Below, in pieces: positions 57,580 to 62,933 of a stretch of 62,933 nucleotides of DNA. The notes below the pieces were generated by a model. It had not been told where the DNA came from. It did not search any database and worked only from the letters and a program-made list of their open reading frames with translations. The position numbers and the translations under genes were made by a program. The DNA is taken from positions 1-62,933 of IMG/VR virus record IMGVR_UViG_3300032282_004841, one strand, 5' to 3'. Numbering within the stretch: position 1 is the first letter of the stretch; each line of letters opens with the position of its first letter. This DNA comes from a virus. Its lineage: Duplodnaviria > Caudoviricetes.

Positions 57580-58116
57580 CTATCTAAAATAAGAATTACC
57601 ACCCTGATTATTCGGATAAAAGGCCGATACACTATAACCAGCAAATACCCTGAAAGCACCAACAATTGCTGCTCCGCAAACAGCCCCTGATCTTCCTGAT
57701 TCATAAGTCATTTTTGACTCATCGTAAACAGAACACCAGCCTTTTTCTATTAATTTTAATCTTCCATCCATAGACCCACGAAGATCTATAGAGGAACTAC
57801 CATCTCTAATAGCAATACCTTGACGAACACTTGTTCTTGCTTCAGATCTTTCAATTACACAAGCAGCTTTAAAACAAACTAAGTTTATAAAACTATCATC
57901 TCTATTTGGACCATTGCGATCTGTAGGATCTGGATCTATTGACATTGCCTGAATATTGATTTCAAAATGTTTATTAAAGTATGCAATGTCATGAATTACT
58001 ATTTGGGCAGCAACAGCTAATGTCTGTATAAGTCTGCCATCACTATAGTTTGGCGTAGGTGATAGATCATCTATCAAGACCCGCAGCAAAGTTGTCATTT
58101 CTGACTGCCACAACAT
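57580..58116 (-). CDS. Putative head-tail adaptor protein
   Basis: Helical LRVLIDDL...YSDGRL, AIRDGSSSIDL; start likely ATG 58116 after GAGG. Confidence 0.55.
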   Translation of the reverse strand: MLWQSEMTTLLRVLIDDLSPTPNYSDGRLIQTLAVAAQIVIHDIAYFNKHFEINIQAMSIDPDPTDRNGPNRDDSFINLVCFKAACVIERSEARTSVRQGIAIRDGSSSIDLRGSMDGRLKLIEKGWCSVYDESKMTYESGRSGAVCGAAIVGAFRVFAGYSVSAFYPNNQGGNSYFR

Positions 58117-58124
58117 AGAAGACC

Positions 58125-58445
58125 TCAAGCTATTGGTGCTATTTTAAAACTTCCGGTAATTAATGTGGATTTATGATTGTTGGGGAATACTGCCCTTATT
58201 TCATAAAACCATGTTCCATAACCTATTGCTCGTAAAGTACTTGCATCAAAAAGTATGGAAAATTTATTGCCAAATACAAAATCCATACTAAACGAGAAGT
58301 TCTTTACATTAAATATTACACCAGCATTAGTTATATATGTGTCTTGATCTATCTCAAAAAAATCTAATGAGGGAATATAACTATCATTTAAAATTTTTAA
58401 AAAAAATTGACTTTTTACTTTCGATTTTTCTAATTTTATTGGCAT
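58125..58445 (-). CDS. BppU-N-like adaptor domain protein
   Basis: GTWFYEIRAVF....TLITGSFKIAP. Confidence 0.5.
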   Translation of the reverse strand: MPIKLEKSKVKSQFFLKILNDSYIPSLDFFEIDQDTYITNAGVIFNVKNFSFSMDFVFGNKFSILFDASTLRAIGYGTWFYEIRAVFPNNHKSTLITGSFKIAPIA

Positions 58446-59090
58446 TTAATCCCCAAACGGAGGAACAATTATTAGGTTTCCCTTTATCAAAGTAACAGTA
58501 CTTGTATTAGATAGCGTAGATCTTAACTCATACGACCATCTTCCAGCACCAATAATTGCTAAATCCTCAGCGCTTAATTCAATTCTTAGCATGTTACCGT
58601 TGATTAATATTGGAGTTTTTTCAAAAGAAACTTGTCCATCTACCAAAAATCTATTAGTAGAACCGTCTAAGGAAGGCCAAGTATCATTACTAATATCAAT
58701 AGACCTACCTTCTGTTGCAAAATAATCATCCGTAAGTCTTAACTCTATGGTTCCTTTATCACTAGGAATATTATTTACAAAAAGCGAAGATGTAAGACCT
58801 GTTCCTGTACATCTAGTAGTAATTGGAGTATCTACATATTCTAATTCTTCTGGATTTATAGCAAAAAATCCTAAAAGATCATTTCCTTTTTTAAATTTTA
58901 TACCGCCCCTAAAATTAGAAGGAAAACTATAGTAAGTCCATAAATAATTACCTAATCCAATTTCTACAAAACCTAAATAAATAGGAGAGGTTATTTCAAC
59001 TCCCTCTACATTTACTAAAATGGCATTTAAATTAGTCAAACCAGCATATCTAATACCAAAATCTAATGATATAGAAGCTTTATAAGGCAT
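58446..59090 (-). CDS. Two-domain protein with C-terminal BppU-N-like domain
   Basis: IELSAED....GRWSYELRSTL....TLIKGNLIIVP; paralogous to 58125-58445. Confidence 0.55.
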   Translation of the reverse strand: MPYKASISLDFGIRYAGLTNLNAILVNVEGVEITSPIYLGFVEIGLGNYLWTYYSFPSNFRGGIKFKKGNDLLGFFAINPEELEYVDTPITTRCTGTGLTSSLFVNNIPSDKGTIELRLTDDYFATEGRSIDISNDTWPSLDGSTNRFLVDGQVSFEKTPILINGNMLRIELSAEDLAIIGAGRWSYELRSTLSNTSTVTLIKGNLIIVPPFGD

Positions 59091-59101
59091 TTTTCACCGT
59101 A

Positions 59102-60706
59102 TTAAATAAGTGTAAATGTCGGCCTTGGAACATAAGGAGTTAAAGATGAGAACATGTTCAAAGGAGATTCAAATGGATTATTAATATCTTCACAACCTAA
59201 ATAGTTTTGTAACACTTCTTCTTCGACTAATTGACCAGTCCTATTATAAGATCCATCAACATATGGCATTCCAGTAGAAGGATCTATATCTATAAGACCA
59301 GTATTATGATTAAAATTAGAAGATGTAGTGCAAGCCCCCTTAGAAAACATAAGAGGATCTTTTTTTGTTGGGTTATTATCCCAGTATTGTTGTATTACAT
59401 CATTTGTTATTGCAGGAAGAGCCTTTAAAGAAATTACAAGCTCTTTCCATTGATCTGGAGTAATTACTAATCCAGATTCTTCATTTATTACATCTCCAGA
59501 ATTATTGTTATAGCCTATTAAATTTTCACCACACGGTCCATTTAAATAAAGTATTTGTTTCTTTGTATTTTCATTCATATTTACAGAGTCATATATCCCA
59601 ACATTAGGAATATAATCTCCATTGTTGTAAATCTGACTTGGATCATCTATCGAAAAATATTTTTTAGGATCTTTTTGTTTGCCACGAAAATAAGTAGAGC
59701 AAGATAAGTCTATATACTCACTCGCTTTTTTACCAAAATTAGTTAAGATATTTTTATCTGCAAAAAGACCTTTTAATAAACATGGACCAAAACCAAAATT
59801 AACAGAAGAATTAGTGCCATCAAGCATTTCTTCTATAGATATTGTATTTTGATTAAGCATAATAGCTGTAGTTCCGCCATCATATCTAGCCGTTTGAACG
59901 CCAGCATCCGCAGCTGCTGGAATAGAGCATCTAGGATTACAAATAGCCCCATGAAATAAATAAGGAACATGTCCAGTATCACGACTTATATTTGCATAAA
60001 AAGGTTCGGAAGATACAGAATCAATAGTATCCCAAATATCAGAAAGGTATCCTTCTCCTGTAATATAATGATGTTTATAACCATCTTCTTTATTTCCTGT
60101 CGTTATGTATGATGGATAAAAAATCGAAGAAGCTGACTGTTTAGGGAAAGTAAATCCTTGTTGAGTTTTATTTTTTGATAAATTAGAACCAGAAAGTATA
60201 TAATCGCTATAAGATTCTTTTTCTTGATCGGTAATATTAAATACGACATCCCCAGTCGCATTTTGATTTGATATGGCAACAGGAAAAATTCTAGAGTTAG
60301 CAACAACACCAGTAATTGAATAAAAATTTCTATTAGATTCAATGGCTGTCCATTCGGAAGAATTGAATCCGTCTAAATCAACATTATAACTAGAATCTTT
60401 TTGCGAGAAAAAATTACCACAAGATTTAAATGGCTTAGTTATGGTATCTGAATGAGTATCCTTTGGATTTGGATAATGAACACTATGGGCTAATTGTATA
60501 GATCTAAAAAAAGTTCTTCCAATACTTCCATTTTTTTTATTGGAGTGCGCCCAATAGCATGTATTACTAACTGTTTTTGCACCACCAGCATTATTCAATG
60601 GATCGATAACATCATTATCGATGATCATTTTAAGCTTTCCATCAACCGCTATAAATATTTTGCCATTTCTAAATGTAATGCCATCATAAAAAGGTATATC
60701 ATTCAT
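59102..60706 (-). CDS. Hypothetical protein (534 aa)
   Basis: Long ORF with SD AGGA in structural operon; no recognised motif. Confidence 0.65.
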   Translation of the reverse strand: MNDIPFYDGITFRNGKIFIAVDGKLKMIIDNDVIDPLNNAGGAKTVSNTCYWAHSNKKNGSIGRTFFRSIQLAHSVHYPNPKDTHSDTITKPFKSCGNFFSQKDSSYNVDLDGFNSSEWTAIESNRNFYSITGVVANSRIFPVAISNQNATGDVVFNITDQEKESYSDYILSGSNLSKNKTQQGFTFPKQSASSIFYPSYITTGNKEDGYKHHYITGEGYLSDIWDTIDSVSSEPFYANISRDTGHVPYLFHGAICNPRCSIPAAADAGVQTARYDGGTTAIMLNQNTISIEEMLDGTNSSVNFGFGPCLLKGLFADKNILTNFGKKASEYIDLSCSTYFRGKQKDPKKYFSIDDPSQIYNNGDYIPNVGIYDSVNMNENTKKQILYLNGPCGENLIGYNNNSGDVINEESGLVITPDQWKELVISLKALPAITNDVIQQYWDNNPTKKDPLMFSKGACTTSSNFNHNTGLIDIDPSTGMPYVDGSYNRTGQLVEEEVLQNYLGCEDINNPFESPLNMFSSLTPYVPRPTFTLI

Positions 60707-60715
60707 ATATTAATC

Positions 60716-61012
60716 CTAGTTTTTATTTACTGGGTCGTGGATTTCTTTTTTATTTCTTTTGAGTTCTTGCAATTCTCTAGTGTTCAATAGTATCTGATTA
60801 AGTATACCCATAGTATTTTCTTGGCTCTTAACCACATTCTCTAGTCCAACTTCTAGCCTGTCTATAAACTTGATATGTCTATCGTGCAAAGGAAGAATGA
60901 TCTTTTCTCCCAACCAATTTGCTGCTTTATATGCTGTCCAGACAAAAAACATTAAGAATGTACAAGAAACACCTAATCGTTCAACTAATAGGACAATTTC
61001 TTTTTCATCCAT
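60716..61012 (-). CDS. Holin-like small membrane protein
   Basis: One N-terminal TM segment (LGVSCTFLMFFVWTAY), coiled coil, basic C-terminus; SD GGGAG before ATG 61012. Confidence 0.55.
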   Translation of the reverse strand: MDEKEIVLLVERLGVSCTFLMFFVWTAYKAANWLGEKIILPLHDRHIKFIDRLEVGLENVVKSQENTMGILNQILLNTRELQELKRNKKEIHDPVNKN

Positions 61013-61028
61013 TGTTCTAACTCCCAAA

Positions 61029-61060
61029 TAATGTAGTTGTGCCTACATTAAATTACACCT
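61029..61060 (-). promoter_or_regulatory. Late promoter motif copy 4 plus 8-bp hairpin
   Basis: AGGTGTAATTTAAT at 61047-61060; TAATGTAG-N6-CTACATTA at 61029-61050. Confidence 0.45.
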
Positions 61061-61608
61061 AGCTCTTCAATTGTGGTAGCATCTGCGACAGCTTTTCGTC
61101 TGGCAGCAAATGAACTAGCCATATTGGAGCGAGCTTGGCCATATTGGAGAAGTAGAAGGGTCATTTCTTGTATGGTGGAGAAGCTAATGGGTGTATTAGC
61201 CATACTGATTAGGTGAGGAAGTTCTAAGCTCAATGCTGCTGCCTCTTTTGCAAGAGAGAACACACCTACGAGAAGTGCTACATCAGAAGGAGTAATGCCA
61301 AGATAATAGCCTTGACCAGAATCCCAACCTGTTTTTTCTAGGGCAATCCATTCATTATTTATAACTTGTATTTTTCTTGCTTTAGCTTGAGATAACTCAT
61401 CTGGTGCAGCATCTGGAATATAATCCCATGCTTTTGCTACTAGTGATTTTATAAATATTCCATCATCCGAGGATAATTCTATTGGAATATTAACATTTCT
61501 TGTAACGCCTTCATCATTAATTTTAGATAAAGATACGCTGTAAAAATCTTCTAGAATATTAAGATCTACATTTACTTTTTGCGTAAGAATTATGCTTAAA
61601 CTTTCCAT
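61048..61608 (-). CDS. Tail fibre assembly-like protein (DUF4376-like C-terminal half)
   Basis: LSQAKARKIQVIN...AARRKAVADATTIEEL; directly follows the tail-collar gene. Confidence 0.55.
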   Translation of the reverse strand: MESLSIILTQKVNVDLNILEDFYSVSLSKINDEGVTRNVNIPIELSSDDGIFIKSLVAKAWDYIPDAAPDELSQAKARKIQVINNEWIALEKTGWDSGQGYYLGITPSDVALLVGVFSLAKEAAALSLELPHLISMANTPISFSTIQEMTLLLLQYGQARSNMASSFAARRKAVADATTIEELGVI

Positions 61609-61616
61609 CTTATCTC

Positions 61617-62312
61617 CTATGTTTTTATGATAAAGTTAATGGCTATTGAAGGCTGCATATTATTATGAGCAGAACCAGATCCATTGTTTCCGATGCTAAC
61701 ATTAGATGTTCCACTATTAACAGTAACGGCATGTTGATGAACTGCACTTCTACCACCAGTAGTAGTCTGACTACCTGAGTCATTTCCTCTTATGATTAAA
61801 ATACCAGCATATCCACCACCAACAGCACTAAAACCAGATGCTGCTCTGCCTAAGTTTGTTCCATCAACACTAGGAATATGAGTATGATCGGCAGTTTCGT
61901 TACCTACTGTTGTTGTATGACTATGTCCAGAGTCGGTAGCGGTATGATTATGAGATGCTAATTCCGCAGTAGATAACGCAACAGTTTCCACCCCAGTAGT
62001 TGCAGCCAATGTTCTAGCTGTTAAACCAGAACCAGTTCCAACACCAATTGGGGTTCTTCCCCTCATATCTGGTAAAGTAAATGTATCATTAGAATTGCCA
62101 GCACCATAAGTAACACCAATTACTTTAAATAGATCGCTATAAGTCTTTCTGCTGACAGTACTTCCGTCACAAACTAGCCATCCATTAGGGGCGGTAGAAC
62201 CAGCAAACATTTCAATAACACCAACAGGAATTACAGAAGGCTGAACTGCTTGAAAGGCAGAACCCTTTGGAGAATTAGTCGGTGTCATTCCATAACTAAA
62301 TGCTCCTGGCAT
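61617..62312 (-). CDS. Phage tail collar domain fibre protein
   Basis: PVGVIEMFAGSTAPNGWLVCDG..VSR..Y..LF..IG..YG.G....F.LPD.RGR; H-x-H motifs (HNH, HSH, HTH, HQH); AHNNMQPS...NFIIK. Confidence 0.92.
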   Translation of the reverse strand: MPGAFSYGMTPTNSPKGSAFQAVQPSVIPVGVIEMFAGSTAPNGWLVCDGSTVSRKTYSDLFKVIGVTYGAGNSNDTFTLPDMRGRTPIGVGTGSGLTARTLAATTGVETVALSTAELASHNHTATDSGHSHTTTVGNETADHTHIPSVDGTNLGRAASGFSAVGGGYAGILIIRGNDSGSQTTTGGRSAVHQHAVTVNSGTSNVSIGNNGSGSAHNNMQPSIAINFIIKT

Positions 62313-62758
62313 TAGTAACTACCTCCCATTACACAAACTTGCAATGCAGTAGTACTAGCAGTAGTAGTAACACTAACAGATGCATAAAGTTTGAATGTAG
62401 ATGGTAAAACAAGAGGATTGGCAAAAGTCAAAGTGCTAGTAAATCCAGCAGCAGTAGTTGAAGGAGTTACAGCAGTCACAAGTATTTCTGTAAACAAATA
62501 AGCTGTAGTACCATCCCATACCCATATGCCTACAATATTACCAGCGGTAGGTGCGGTAAAAGAGGTGGAGCAAGCATTGACTTGAATAGCATCAATTCTT
62601 AGTCCATTAGTAGAAGTTGGTACAATCTCTATAATATTTGCTGCTGCAAGACTAGCTGTTACTGTTGGGCCTCTAGTTGTACAAGCTGTTTGTGCTGCAA
62701 GAGTTTTTGCAACAAAGTATGGGGCTTGAGGAAAGATAGGTGTAGATGTTACTGCCAT
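62312..62758 (-). CDS. Thr/Ala-rich virion structural protein
   Basis: 148 aa, TAATG-coupled to the collar gene; SD GGAGG. Confidence 0.6.
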   Translation of the reverse strand: MAVTSTPIFPQAPYFVAKTLAAQTACTTRGPTVTASLAAANIIEIVPTSTNGLRIDAIQVNACSTSFTAPTAGNIVGIWVWDGTTAYLFTEILVTAVTPSTTAAGFTSTLTFANPLVLPSTFKLYASVSVTTTASTTALQVCVMGGSY

Positions 62759-62760
62759 AG

Positions 62761-62910
62761 TTATAAACCTCCAAAGTTGTTAGCTAGGTAAATTGTATTG
62801 GATGCATCATTTGGCATTTTTTTCCAACCAGTACCATTGTAAATCCAAATGTATCCACCATAGGAGTAAGTTTGACCAGTAGTAGGAGATGCTGGAAAAT
62901 CTATCGCCAT
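62761..62910 (-). CDS. 49-aa fibre adaptor-module protein (absent from ORF track)
   Basis: MAIDFPASPTTGQTYSYGGYIWIYNGTGWKK...NNFGGL*; SD GGAGG; TAATG overlap with an upstream partial gene ending SSNYGGL*. Confidence 0.7.
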   Translation of the reverse strand: MAIDFPASPTTGQTYSYGGYIWIYNGTGWKKMPNDASNTIYLANNFGGL

Positions 62911-62933
62911 TATAACCCTCCATAGTTACTAGA

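Noticed and set aside
62761-62933. Shared C-terminal GG/GGL ends (also 33027, 37289) as ubiquitin-like conjugation tails
   Set aside because: GGA-GG codons coincide with the Shine-Dalgarno of the next coupled gene, which explains them

Overview
This AT-rich, gene-dense window (standard genetic code) is a segment of a large tailed dsDNA phage; no rRNA, tRNA, CRISPR, integrase or IS was seen. It has two convergent blocks. The + strand block (1-10290) is a translationally coupled sugar-modification cluster: several GT-B and GT-A glycosyltransferases, PhoH, a LicC-like nucleotidyltransferase, and a GHMP kinase and a methyltransferase homologue with eroded catalytic motifs, followed by an HTH/Vsr-like endonuclease, a putative single-strand annealing protein and a Zn-binding protein. 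The - strand block (10452-62933) is a virion morphogenesis operon: tail-collar fibre, holin-like gene, head-tail adaptor, a ~20 kb island of collagen-like and giant fibre/adhesin genes, head-closure, neck, tail terminator, tail tube, chaperones, a 3911-aa tape measure protein, tail-tip proteins and an embedded glycosyltransferase. No sheath gene is visible, so the tail is siphovirus-like. Two candidate new systems stand out. (1) Phage mucin-type virion O-glycosylation: the glycosyltransferase inside the tail operon carries polypeptide GalNAc-transferase (GT27)-like motifs, and the co-transcribed virion proteins carry poly-Thr, (GSPT)n and Ser-Gly-enriched tracts. (2) A tape measure protein divided by seven copies of a GG...L..GEFV module that bracket cargo domains, one of which looks like a PD-(D/E)xK nuclease. 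A recurring GGTGTAA intergenic motif may be the phage late promoter. All functional calls come from reading motifs by eye; no database searches were run.
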